From Eubacteriales bacterium (lineage in GTDB: Bacteria; Bacillota; Clostridia; Oscillospirales; Butyricicoccaceae), in NCBI GenBank assembly GCA_030533295.1, contig JAUNJI010000002.1:7395-65283 (forward strand): a DNA stretch of 57,889 nt. Reading direction: 5' to 3'. The notes under the pieces were generated by a model. That model ran no database searches, had not been told where the DNA came from, and saw nothing but the letters and a program-made list of their open reading frames with translations. Numbering within the stretch: the first letter of the stretch is position 1; every line of letters starts with the position of its first letter. A program made the position numbers and the translations under genes. This document shows positions 48,470 to 57,672 of this stretch, piece after piece.

Positions 48470-48546
48470 GCGCCAGTAGCTCAGCTGGATAGAGTGTTTG
48501 GCTACGAACCAAAAGGTCGGGGGTTCGAATCCCTTCTGGCGTACCA
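48470..48546 (+). tRNA. tRNA-Arg (ACG)
   Basis: 77-nt cloverleaf; anticodon arm TTTGG-CTACGAA-CCAAA; GTTCGAATC T-loop; encoded CCA. Confidence 0.97.
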
Positions 48547-48588
48547 GAAAAAACCGTTATCTCTTTGGAGATAACGGTTTTTTCTTAT
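48546..48588 (+). terminator. tRNA terminator (repeat copy 1)
   Basis: AGAAAAAACCGTTATCTC-tttg-GAGATAACGGTTTTTTCTTAT. Confidence 0.85.
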
Positions 48589-48709
48589 CCGATCCGCGTC
48601 CGCACAGCGTGCCCATCTGGGAACGAACGGCGCGATCCGGCCGATCTGCAACAAAGTGGAGCATAAACGTGGCTTTTTCGCGGCGAATGTGCCATTTCAC
48701 GTGATCCGA

Positions 48710-48748
48710 CCCCTCAGATGGTGTAAAAACCCATCTGAGGGTTTTTTT
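48710..48748 (+). terminator. Second terminator-like hairpin upstream of uidA
   Basis: CCCTCAGATGG...CCATCTGAGGG followed by TTTTTTT. Confidence 0.65.
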
Positions 48749-48891
48749 GGCAGAGCGTCAAATTATTTACAAAATCTATCGTTCTCTTGAAAAATTTCGG
48801 AAAATTTTATATTTTTATAGCACTTTTCATAAAATGATGCTACAATATATCCATGTCTACGGACAGCACAAATAGAGAAGGAGAGTGCAAC

Positions 48892-50715
48892 ATGAAGAAC
48901 GGATCGATGTTATATCCGAGAGAGACCGCGACGAGGCGTCTCAAGAGCCTCGACGGTATGTGGGATCTCCGTTTCGACCCGAGCAGCACCGGCTCGAGCG
49001 AGGGCTGGGCTAACGGGCTCGATACCTCGATCACCATCCCCGTCCCGGCCAGCTTCCAGGACTTTTTCACCGACAAGGACGCGAGAGAGTACTGTGGCGA
49101 TCTCTGGTATGCGCGTGATCTCTACATCCCCAAGGAGTATGAAGGGCTAAAGCTCGCGCTGCGCTTTGGTGCGGCCACGCACCGTGCGATCGTATACGTC
49201 AACGGTCAGGAAGTGTTCCGCCATGAGGGCGGTTTCCTGCCGTTCAGCTGCGACATCACCGAGGTCGCGCAGTGCGGCGCGGAGAACAAGGTCGTCGTCA
49301 AGCTCAACAACGAGCTCAGCGAGACCAATCTGCCCTGCGGCACGGTCAAGGTGCTCAAAAACGGCAAAAAGATCGCCAAGCCCTATTTCGATTTCTACAA
49401 CTACTCCGGCCTCAACCGCAGCGTCTATCTGACGGCCATCCCCGCGGACAGCGTGTTCGGCTACGAGACGACGTATGCGATCGACGGCACGACGGCGCAG
49501 GTCGGCTACACCGTCAAGACGGCGAGCAGCGCCAAGGTCGAGGTCTCGCTCTTCGACGAGGACGGTGTGCTGGCGGCACGCGCCGAGGGCGCGACCGGCA
49601 CGCTGACGGTCGAGGACGCCAAGCTCTGGCAGGTCGGCAAGGGCTATCTGTACAAGATCGTGATCCGTCTGCTCGACGGCGACACGCTGCTCGACGAGTA
49701 CTACGACTTCATCGGCATCCGCACGGTCGAGGTCAAGGGCACCGACATCCTCATCAACGGCGCGCCCGTCTACCTCAAGGGCTTCGGCAAGCATGAGGAC
49801 AGCGACATCGTCGGCCGCGGCACCAACATCGCCCAGACCAAGCGCGATTTCGAGCTGATGAAGTGGATCGGCGCCAACTCCTTCCGCACCTCGCACTATC
49901 CGTACAGCGAGGAGGTCTACCAGATGGCCGACCGCGAGGGCTTCCTCGTGATCGACGAGGTGCCGGCGGTCGGTATGCTCCGCAGCATCGCGAACTTCCT
50001 CGATGCTTCGACGGGCGCACAGACCAACTTCTTCTCGGGCGACCACGTACCGAAGCTGCTCGAGCGCCATCTGGACGACATCGCCGACATGATCGAGCGC
50101 GACAAGAACCACCCCTGCGTGTTCGCGTGGAGCCTGCTCAACGAGCCCGAGACCACCGACGAGAGCGCTGTCCCCTACTTCGAGCGCGTGTTCGAGCAGG
50201 CGGCCAAGCTCGATCCGCAGAAGCGGCCGCGCACGTTCGCGCTGGTCATGAACTCCGTGCCGGATAAGTGCAAGTGCTACCAGTTCAGCGACATCATCGC
50301 GCTCAACCGCTACTTCGGCTGGTATGTCAACGGCGGTCCGGAGATCTGCGACGCCAAGGAGGCTTTCATCGCCGAGATGGACAAGTGGCAGGCGCTCGAC
50401 CTCGACAAGCCCTTCATCTTCACCGAGTACGGCGCGGACACCCACCCGGGCATCCACAAGCTGCCCAGCGTCATGTGGAGCCAGGAGTACCAGATCGAGT
50501 ACCTCAAGATGTGCCACGAGGTGTTCGACAGCTATCCGTTCGTCAAGGGCGAGCAGGTCTGGAACTTTGCGGACTTCCAGACGACCGAGGGCATCATGCG
50601 CTGCGACGGCAACAAGAAGGGCATCTTCACCCGCCAGCGTCAGCCCAAGGACGCCGCGTTCTATTTCAAGAAGAGATGGGACAGCCTGCCCTTGGATCAC
50701 AAGAGCAACAAGTAA
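48892..50715 (+). CDS. uidA: Beta-glucuronidase (GH2)
   Basis: FRTSHYPY, catalytic WSLLNEP and FTEYGAD, NxKG motif GNKKG, NRYFGWY. Confidence 0.92.
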   Translation: MKNGSMLYPRETATRRLKSLDGMWDLRFDPSSTGSSEGWANGLDTSITIPVPASFQDFFTDKDAREYCGDLWYARDLYIPKEYEGLKLALRFGAATHRAIVYVNGQEVFRHEGGFLPFSCDITEVAQCGAENKVVVKLNNELSETNLPCGTVKVLKNGKKIAKPYFDFYNYSGLNRSVYLTAIPADSVFGYETTYAIDGTTAQVGYTVKTASSAKVEVSLFDEDGVLAARAEGATGTLTVEDAKLWQVGKGYLYKIVIRLLDGDTLLDEYYDFIGIRTVEVKGTDILINGAPVYLKGFGKHEDSDIVGRGTNIAQTKRDFELMKWIGANSFRTSHYPYSEEVYQMADREGFLVIDEVPAVGMLRSIANFLDASTGAQTNFFSGDHVPKLLERHLDDIADMIERDKNHPCVFAWSLLNEPETTDESAVPYFERVFEQAAKLDPQKRPRTFALVMNSVPDKCKCYQFSDIIALNRYFGWYVNGGPEICDAKEAFIAEMDKWQALDLDKPFIFTEYGADTHPGIHKLPSVMWSQEYQIEYLKMCHEVFDSYPFVKGEQVWNFADFQTTEGIMRCDGNKKGIFTRQRQPKDAAFYFKKRWDSLPLDHKSNK

Positions 50716-50731
50716 ATAGAGGGGGATCCCC

Positions 50732-52120
50732 ATGAAAGAGATCAGACCTTTTGGGTTCAGAGATAAGATAGGCTATATGTTCGGCGACTTCGGCAACGAC
50801 TTCATGTTCCTGCTCGCCAGCTTCTACCTGATGACCTTCTATACCGACGTGCTCGGTATCCCCTCGGCGGCGGTCGGCACGCTGTTCCTCGTCGCCCGTA
50901 TCGTGGATGCGTTCACCGATGTCACGATGGGACGCATCGTGGACAGCGCCAAGCCCGCCAAGGACGGCCGTTTCCGCTGCTGGATCCGGCGCATCGCGGG
51001 CCCGGTCGCCATCGCCAGCTTCCTGATGTACCAGAGCTCGATGGCCGGTGCGCCCACCACGCTCAAGTACGTCTATATGTACGTCACCTACCTGCTGTGG
51101 GGCAGCGTGTTCTACACCGCGATCAACATCCCCTACGGCTCGATGGCTTCGGCGATCTCGAACGATCCCGACGACCGTTCTGCCCTTTCGACCTTCCGCT
51201 CGGTCGGTGCGACGCTGGCCAATATGCTCGTATCGGTCGTCGTGCCGCAGCTGCTGTATAACGCCAACGGCGAGATCGTGTCCAACTCGCGCTTCACGCT
51301 CATCGCAGGCGTGTTCTCCGTGTGCGCGGTCATCTGCTATGTCCTTTGCTACACGAACACGGTCGAGCGCGTCAAGATCGAAAAGCCCAACGACGCGCCC
51401 AAGGAGAACGTATTCAAGAGCCTCGGCACGCTGCTGAAGAACCGCGCGCTGATCGGCATCATCGGCGCGGCGATCTTCCTGCTGCTCGCCATGCTGCTGT
51501 CGCAGAGCGTCAACCAGTATCTGTTCCGTCTGTACTTCAAGAACACGGCTGCGCTCTCGACCATGAACCTGATCGGCTCGCTGCTGACGCTCGCGATCGC
51601 GACCGTGACCGTGCCGATCGCCAAGAAATTCGGCAAGAAGGAAGCCGCGACCGTCGCCACGGCGATCGCCGCCGCTGCCTACTTCGCTCTGTTCGTGATG
51701 AAGACCACCAACGTGTGGGTATTCGTCGCGCTGATCAGCGTGGCGCAGATCGGCACGAACTTCTTCAACCTCGTCATCTGGGCGAACATCACCGACATCA
51801 TCGACTATCACGAGGTCAAGACCGGCCAACGCGAGGACGGCACGATCTATGCGGTCTACTCCTTCTCGCGCAAGCTCGGTCAGGCGCTGGCAGGCGGTCT
51901 GGGCGGCTATGCGCTCCAGCTCGTCGGCTATGACTCCGCTGCGGCGGCGCAGGGCCTGGAGCAGACGCAGCCTGTCCTCAACGGCATCTACAACGTCACG
52001 ACGGTCGCACCGGCGGTCTGCTTGGTGCTGGTGACGCTGAGCCTTGCGTTCGTCTACCCGCTGACCAAGAAGGTCGTCAACGACAACGTCGCTGAGCTCA
52101 AGAGACGCCGCGAAGGCTGA
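50732..52120 (+). CDS. Glycoside-pentoside-hexuronide (GPH) MFS symporter, UidB-like
   Basis: KIGYMFGDFG, DAFTDVTMGRIVD, INIPYGSM, REDG; about 12 TM segments. Confidence 0.9.
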   Translation: MKEIRPFGFRDKIGYMFGDFGNDFMFLLASFYLMTFYTDVLGIPSAAVGTLFLVARIVDAFTDVTMGRIVDSAKPAKDGRFRCWIRRIAGPVAIASFLMYQSSMAGAPTTLKYVYMYVTYLLWGSVFYTAINIPYGSMASAISNDPDDRSALSTFRSVGATLANMLVSVVVPQLLYNANGEIVSNSRFTLIAGVFSVCAVICYVLCYTNTVERVKIEKPNDAPKENVFKSLGTLLKNRALIGIIGAAIFLLLAMLLSQSVNQYLFRLYFKNTAALSTMNLIGSLLTLAIATVTVPIAKKFGKKEAATVATAIAAAAYFALFVMKTTNVWVFVALISVAQIGTNFFNLVIWANITDIIDYHEVKTGQREDGTIYAVYSFSRKLGQALAGGLGGYALQLVGYDSAAAAQGLEQTQPVLNGIYNVTTVAPAVCLVLVTLSLAFVYPLTKKVVNDNVAELKRRREG

Positions 52121-52146
52121 TCGGCCTCGCTCGTCGATCTGAGCAT

Positions 52147-52188
52147 AGAAAAACCGTTATTTCCGCGGAAATAACGGTTTTTTCTTAT
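52147..52188 (+). terminator. Terminator after the GPH transporter (repeat copy 2)
   Basis: AGAAAAACCGTTATTTC-cgcg-GAAATAACGGTTTTTTCTTAT. Confidence 0.85.
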
Positions 52189-52360
52189 GTGGAACGGGCG
52201 CTCGTCCGGCGTCTCGCCCGCAGGGACGACTGTCAGCGCCCGCGCCCAGACCGATACGCTCCCGCAGCCGCCCACAGGGCGCAAGAAGGGCGCTCCCGCG
52301 ACGGGAGCGCCCTTGTCTGTGTCTTTCTATGTCTCCGCTGCCCCGCCCCTTGTCGGCCGG

Positions 52361-52993
52361 CTACGCGCCCGTATCGGGGCGGTGGGTGCACGCGAGCAGA
52401 CGGCTGTGCACCAGCGCCAGCACGCCCGGCAGCAGCGGCAGCAGGAACAGGAAATACGGCGTGCTGATGAAGAACACGAATAGCGCCAGATCCATCAGCA
52501 GCATACACGCCCAGACCGGCAGAAAGGCCAGCGTGCGGCCTGCTGCGCGGCGGAGCGTGTCCTGCCAGCGGCCGTCCTCGCCCACGGCCAGCGCATGGAA
52601 GGCAAAACGGCTGATGCCCACCACCAGATCCGCGAGGATGCACAGCAGCGTCAGGACGACCCGCCGCGCGGCGGTCGAGCCGATCGGCAGCTGCTGATAA
52701 AAGGCGAGGTCGAGCGCCAGCAGCGCCAGCGCGGCCAGCGCACCGCACCAAATGACGGTCGCCCGCCGAAAGCAGCGCCTAAAGCTCTGGAAAAAGCCCG
52801 CCGTCAGCTTGTGGGGGCCATCGTTCGCCCGGTCGGTGAACTCAGCCAGCGCCGCGCAGCAGGCCGCCCCCGCGGTGAACACCGGCAGGCTGCACACCAG
52901 CCACAGTGCCCCCGTCAGCACCACCCGATAGATGGTGTGGGGGATCTTATAGATCGGCCGGTCGGTATCGAACGATCCGCTCTGTTTGGCCAT
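52361..52993 (-). CDS. YesL/DUF624-like membrane protein
   Basis: LWLVCSLPVFTAGAA, FFQSFRRCF; last gene of a sugar ABC operon. Confidence 0.75.
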   Translation of the reverse strand: MAKQSGSFDTDRPIYKIPHTIYRVVLTGALWLVCSLPVFTAGAACCAALAEFTDRANDGPHKLTAGFFQSFRRCFRRATVIWCGALAALALLALDLAFYQQLPIGSTAARRVVLTLLCILADLVVGISRFAFHALAVGEDGRWQDTLRRAAGRTLAFLPVWACMLLMDLALFVFFISTPYFLFLLPLLPGVLALVHSRLLACTHRPDTGA

Positions 52994-53008
52994 CGCGCGA
53001 TCGCCTCT

Positions 53009-53857
53009 TTAGCCCTTCACGCCACTGCTGGTGACGCCCTGCACGAAGTATTTCTGCAACGGCAGGAACAGCGCCACCGGCACGAGCGCCGAGATCGAGG
53101 CCGCCGCATAGATGTAGCTCCAGAACGTCTCGTTCTCATCCTTGAAGTACGCCAGCGCCACTTGGATGGTGCGCACCGACTCCGACCGCGTGACCAGCAA
53201 CGGCCACAGATAGTTGTTCCACTCGGTCACGAAGATCATCAGACCGGCGGTGATGAACACCGGCACGGACAGGGGCAGGATGATCTTATAAAAGATCTGT
53301 CCCCAGTTGGCGCCGTCCACCCGCGCCGCCTCCAAAAAGCTCTTGGGGATGCCGCGGAAGAACTGGGTGAACAGGAACATGGCCAGACCGCTGGACACGC
53401 TGGGCAGGATCAGCGCCGCGAAGCGGTTGACCAGCCCCATATCGCTGATGAGCGAGTACAGCGGCAGCGCGATCGAGTCGGTCGGCACCATGAACGAGAT
53501 GATGAAGATCGCGAACAATACGCCCTTGAACTTGAACTCGAAAAACGCGAAGGCGTATCCCGCCAGCGAGGCCACCAGCAGGTTGACCGGCACCAAGATG
53601 CAGACCACCAGCAGCGTGTTGACCATCGGCCGCCAGAAGCTGAACTGGGTGAAGATGATCTGATAGTTCTCGAACGTCCAATCCACCGGCACGATCGTAT
53701 GGATCGTGAACGGCAGCGCATGGCGGAAGATCTCCTCGTCCGTGCGGAACGAGGCCAAGATGATATAGACCAGCGGGAAGAGCGCGATGATCGCGATGAT
53801 CACCAACGTCAGGTATAGCAGCGCTCGGAGCAGCTTTTGTTTGGTTTTTCTGGACAC
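53009..53857 (-). CDS. Carbohydrate ABC transporter permease (MalG-like)
   Basis: EAA motif FLEAARVDGA; LQKYFVQGVTSSGVKG. Confidence 0.93.
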   Translation of the reverse strand: MSRKTKQKLLRALLYLTLVIIAIIALFPLVYIILASFRTDEEIFRHALPFTIHTIVPVDWTFENYQIIFTQFSFWRPMVNTLLVVCILVPVNLLVASLAGYAFAFFEFKFKGVLFAIFIISFMVPTDSIALPLYSLISDMGLVNRFAALILPSVSSGLAMFLFTQFFRGIPKSFLEAARVDGANWGQIFYKIILPLSVPVFITAGLMIFVTEWNNYLWPLLVTRSESVRTIQVALAYFKDENETFWSYIYAAASISALVPVALFLPLQKYFVQGVTSSGVKG

Positions 53858-53872
53858 AGTTCTGCTCCTCCC

Positions 53873-54772
53873 TTAGTCGTCCTGGTCGTTCATCATCTTG
53901 AACTGCACGATGACAGTGATGATGATGATGACCAGCAGGATCGTGGTGATCGCGCCCGCGCGGGACATATTGCCGTTGCGGAAGGCGGATTTGTAAACTT
54001 CATACATCAGGACGTTGGTGCTGTTCTGCGGACCGCCCTCGGTGATCATCTTGGACGGGGCAAAGAGCAGCATATTGGCCGTGGTGTTGGCCACGATGAC
54101 GAACAGCATCGCGCGGCGGATCAGCGGCAGCGTGATCTTGCGCAGCACGGTGAAGTAGCCCGCGCCGTCCAGCGTCGCGGATTCATACAGCGACACATCG
54201 ACGCCCTTGAGGCCGGCGAGCAGGTACATCATCCAGTAGCCGCAGCCCTTCCACGTCGCCATGATGACGATGCACCACAGCGCCTGCGAGGCGCTGGTGA
54301 AAAAGCCTTGGCTCTCGATGCCCACCACGGAGAGCAGGCTGTTGAACACGCCGTTGTTGACGTTCATCATCAGGTTCCACGTCACCGAGGCCACCGAGAT
54401 GGCCATCGTGACCGGTAAATAAAAAATGCTGCGGAACACACCGATCCCGCGCACCATGTTATTGACCAAAAGCGCCAAGATCAGCGAGATCACGACCTGC
54501 AAGGGGATCATGACGATGTTCATCTTGAGCGTGGTCCAGAGCGAGTTCCAGAACACCTGATCGCCGAACAGGATCTCATACGTCCGGAAGGTGAACACAC
54601 CGTCTCGGAAGAACGAGCCCACGGAGACCGAGATGATGGGATAGATCTTGAACACCACGATGAAGAGGAGCGCGGGGAACAGCATCATATAAGGCAGGAG
54701 CTTTTCCAGCCGCCGTCTCGACTTGGCTTTGTGCGGTGAAGCGCTTTGTTTCGTTTGCTGTATCGTTTTCAT
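53873..54772 (-). CDS. Carbohydrate ABC transporter permease (MalF-like)
   Basis: YLLAGLKGVDVSLYESATLDGAG, ITLPL, GGPQNST. Confidence 0.93.
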   Translation of the reverse strand: MKTIQQTKQSASPHKAKSRRRLEKLLPYMMLFPALLFIVVFKIYPIISVSVGSFFRDGVFTFRTYEILFGDQVFWNSLWTTLKMNIVMIPLQVVISLILALLVNNMVRGIGVFRSIFYLPVTMAISVASVTWNLMMNVNNGVFNSLLSVVGIESQGFFTSASQALWCIVIMATWKGCGYWMMYLLAGLKGVDVSLYESATLDGAGYFTVLRKITLPLIRRAMLFVIVANTTANMLLFAPSKMITEGGPQNSTNVLMYEVYKSAFRNGNMSRAGAITTILLVIIIITVIVQFKMMNDQDD

Positions 54773-54884
54773 AGTCACCAGCTTCTCATTGCGTGCGTCG
54801 CCCGGAAACGGAGCGCGGCCGCAGGATAGGCGGCCCGCTCCGTCCGAACGAGGCAGTTTTTACTTGTTATCCGCCGTCAGCGGC

Positions 54885-56204
54885 TCACCGATACTCCATG
54901 AAGGCAGTATTCAGCTCGCTGATGCAGTCCTCTGCGGCCTGCGCGGGATCGGCGCCATTGCGGACGTTCTCCCACAGGGCATTGACCGCGGTCGCATACT
55001 CGTTGAAGCCCGGCGTGATCGCGCGCACCAGCGCGGTGTTCGCGCCCTCGTACTGGGCGATCTCCAGATAGGGCTTGGCTGCCAGCAGCTCGTCGGTGAA
55101 CTGGCGGGACACGGCCGGCACCATGCCGCTGACATCGATGTACACATCGCTGCCATCATACAGGCACAGGTACTTGATGAACTCGACCGCCGCCTCAGTC
55201 TTTTCCGAATAGGGGTTGATGCCCACCGTCCAGCTGCCGCAGGAGGTCGTCACCTCATTCTCATAGCCCTCGAAGCAGGGCACGTAGGTGTAGCCGTAAT
55301 CGGTGAAACCGTTGGAATCGAAGGTGCCCGGCATCGCCGTCGTACCCAGATAGAAGATGATCTTGCCGGACATGAAGTAGCTGCTGGTATCGCTGGCGTT
55401 GATGCCCTTGGTGAACACACCGGCATCCACCTGATCCTGGTACCAGTTCAGCGCCTTCTGCCACGGCTCGCCGTTGAACACGCCATCGACCGTGAAGCCG
55501 TCCGCGCCGATGTTCTCGCCGCCAAAGTCGTTGGCCAGCACGTTCATCTGATAGGTGCGGCCGACCTGCTGGAACTCGATGCCGAAGATGCCCTTGCTGC
55601 CGTCCGGATCGAGCTTGGACTGCGCCTGCTCGGCGATCTTGACCAGCTCTTCCCACGTGATGCGGTTTTCGCCGTTGAGCGCGCTGAAGTCATAGTCGAT
55701 GCCCGCCTGCTCGAGCAGCGCGGTGTTGTAGTAGAGCACGAGCGAGGAGTCGCCCATGGGCGCGCCGTACATCTCGCCGTTATAGAACGCCTCGACCTGC
55801 ATGGGCGGGGTGAACATCTCGACTTCCTCGGTGGTGAAGTAGTCGGTCAGCGGCGTCAGATAGCCGCGCTGTGCATAGGCCGCGATATTGGGGCCATCCG
55901 CCGCGAACACGTCGTACTCCGAGGACTGGGAGCTCATCAGGATCTCCAGCGTCTCGAACACGTTATCGAAGGCCAGATAGTCGGCCTCGCAGACGTACTT
56001 GCCCTCATATGCCTTGTTGAAGGCCTCGACCGCCGCGCTGACGCCCGGCTCCTGCGTCTGGGACATCATCAGCTTGATGGTGGTGACGCCGTCCTCCCCG
56101 CCGCCCTGCGACGAGCCCGCCTGCTGACCGGCATCCGATGAGCCGCAAGCACCCAGACTCATGACCATGGCTGCTGCCATGAACATCGATACGATCTTTT
56201 TCAT
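54885..56204 (-). CDS. Sugar ABC transporter substrate-binding lipoprotein
   Basis: Lipobox SLGAC; LYYNTALLEQAG, TWEEL. Confidence 0.92.
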   Translation of the reverse strand: MKKIVSMFMAAAMVMSLGACGSSDAGQQAGSSQGGGEDGVTTIKLMMSQTQEPGVSAAVEAFNKAYEGKYVCEADYLAFDNVFETLEILMSSQSSEYDVFAADGPNIAAYAQRGYLTPLTDYFTTEEVEMFTPPMQVEAFYNGEMYGAPMGDSSLVLYYNTALLEQAGIDYDFSALNGENRITWEELVKIAEQAQSKLDPDGSKGIFGIEFQQVGRTYQMNVLANDFGGENIGADGFTVDGVFNGEPWQKALNWYQDQVDAGVFTKGINASDTSSYFMSGKIIFYLGTTAMPGTFDSNGFTDYGYTYVPCFEGYENEVTTSCGSWTVGINPYSEKTEAAVEFIKYLCLYDGSDVYIDVSGMVPAVSRQFTDELLAAKPYLEIAQYEGANTALVRAITPGFNEYATAVNALWENVRNGADPAQAAEDCISELNTAFMEYR

Positions 56205-56256
56205 ACTATTTCCTCCAAAATATTTTTTTCGCCCAAGCGGACAAAAAGCAAAAACA

Positions 56257-57222
56257 TCAGCGGCCGAGTTTTTCGGCCAGATCGGCTATGATCGCATCCT
56301 TTTTCACGTAGTACACGTATTTGATCGGATGCCGACTGTCGTCGAACGCATAGGAGCAGTCATACTGCGGGATCGGGCTCGGCGCATAGCGCTCGAGCAG
56401 GAAATCGCCTTGCAGCAGCCAAACGATGGTGGCGGCGTCCCACAGCGGTTTGCTCCAGCCCTCGTGATCGAACTTGAGCCGGGCGAAATCATAGGTATCG
56501 TCGATCAAGCGGTCGCACAGCTTATTTTTCCCCCGGAACCAGTATTCCAGCTCCGGCCGGCTGAAGCGGAACTCGGACACCACGCCCAAACAGGGGAACT
56601 GCACGAGGGGCACGCCGCAGCCAAAGACCACCCGCGCCGCCGCGATGTCCTGCGACACGTTGAAGTCGGTGCAATCGCCCCAGTGGTGGGCGTGGCCGCC
56701 CAGCCAGATCACCACGCAGCGCTCCACCATCGTGGGATCGGTCAGCAGCGCCGAGGCCACATTGGTGATCGCGCCGATGGCCACGATATAGAGCGGCCGC
56801 GTCTTGTCATAGTCCTTGGACAGACGCACCATAGCCGCTGCCGCGTCCGAGGGGACGGGCTGCGTCTCCGAGGGCAGGTAGGTGCGCGCGCCGTGGTAGA
56901 CCCGGTCGCGCAGATCGGGGCGCTCGAGCAGATCGAGCACGCGCAAGATCTCATCATAGCTTTTTTCCATCCCATCCGCCGCATCGCGGGAGCGGCACAC
57001 GCCCACCGCCGGATCGCGGTAAAAGGGCGCGGCGGTGATCGCCTTGACGCGGAGCTGGGGCTCCGACCGCACCAGATACGCCAAAGCGAACTGGTCGTCG
57101 ATCTCATTATAGGTATCGGTATCCAAGATCACGTCCACCGGACCCGTCGGGCGCTCGAGGCGAGCGACCAGCTCGGCATAGTCGGGTCTGGGGAACATCG
57201 CTGCAAAGGGCGCAGGCTTCAT
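56257..57222 (-). CDS. Nucleoside hydrolase-family protein
   Basis: ILDTDTYNEIDDQFAL, AIGAITNVASALL, WLGG, DFNVSQD, LWD. Confidence 0.85.
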   Translation of the reverse strand: MKPAPFAAMFPRPDYAELVARLERPTGPVDVILDTDTYNEIDDQFALAYLVRSEPQLRVKAITAAPFYRDPAVGVCRSRDAADGMEKSYDEILRVLDLLERPDLRDRVYHGARTYLPSETQPVPSDAAAAMVRLSKDYDKTRPLYIVAIGAITNVASALLTDPTMVERCVVIWLGGHAHHWGDCTDFNVSQDIAAARVVFGCGVPLVQFPCLGVVSEFRFSRPELEYWFRGKNKLCDRLIDDTYDFARLKFDHEGWSKPLWDAATIVWLLQGDFLLERYAPSPIPQYDCSYAFDDSRHPIKYVYYVKKDAIIADLAEKLGR

Positions 57223-57295
57223 GAAACTCTCTCTCCGTTCTTCCGTGCGTCGGTACGTCATTTCGACACTTCTACACGATCTATCGAATAAATTT

Positions 57296-57324
57296 ATTAT
57301 AGAAGATCGAGCGAAATAGGTCAA
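57296..57324 (-). promoter_or_regulatory. Sigma-A promoter of the nucleoside hydrolase-ABC operon
   Basis: TTGACC-17-TATAAT on the minus strand. Confidence 0.75.
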
Positions 57325-57468
57325 GATATTTACCTATTTTTTCTGTTTTTTTGTTCGTTTTTCACCATCCTTTTACACAGGCTCCGTTATGTCACCAAAA
57401 TGCTGCCAATTTTTTCAAGGATCTTACTTTACTTTTGAGGACGATCCGTAGTACAATCGTTATACGAG

Positions 57469-57672
57469 CAGCGATCGCATCCGTCGATCGCTGTGACATC
57501 CCGATCGGGCATACGACTCCACCACCTCTCGTCTGCCCCGATCAAAAGACTGGAGGACGATCCCGCTGAACTCGCGGTGCGGCAGTGTGGAGACCTGTCG
57601 TAAAGCGGCGCGACCCTTGCGGTCGGCTGCGAGGGGATACCTTGCGGAGGCAGTATCACCAGAGTTCGCAAC
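57469..57672 (+). ncRNA. Candidate structured 5' leader RNA of the malK/msmX-like gene
   Basis: Two long hairpins followed by a multi-branched fold closed by GAACTC/GAGTTC just before the ATG. Confidence 0.45.

Noticed and set aside
48470-48546. tRNA-Arg as attB of an integrative island
   Set aside because: No integrase and no duplicate of the tRNA 3' end in the window; only the terminator is repeated, which is reported separately.
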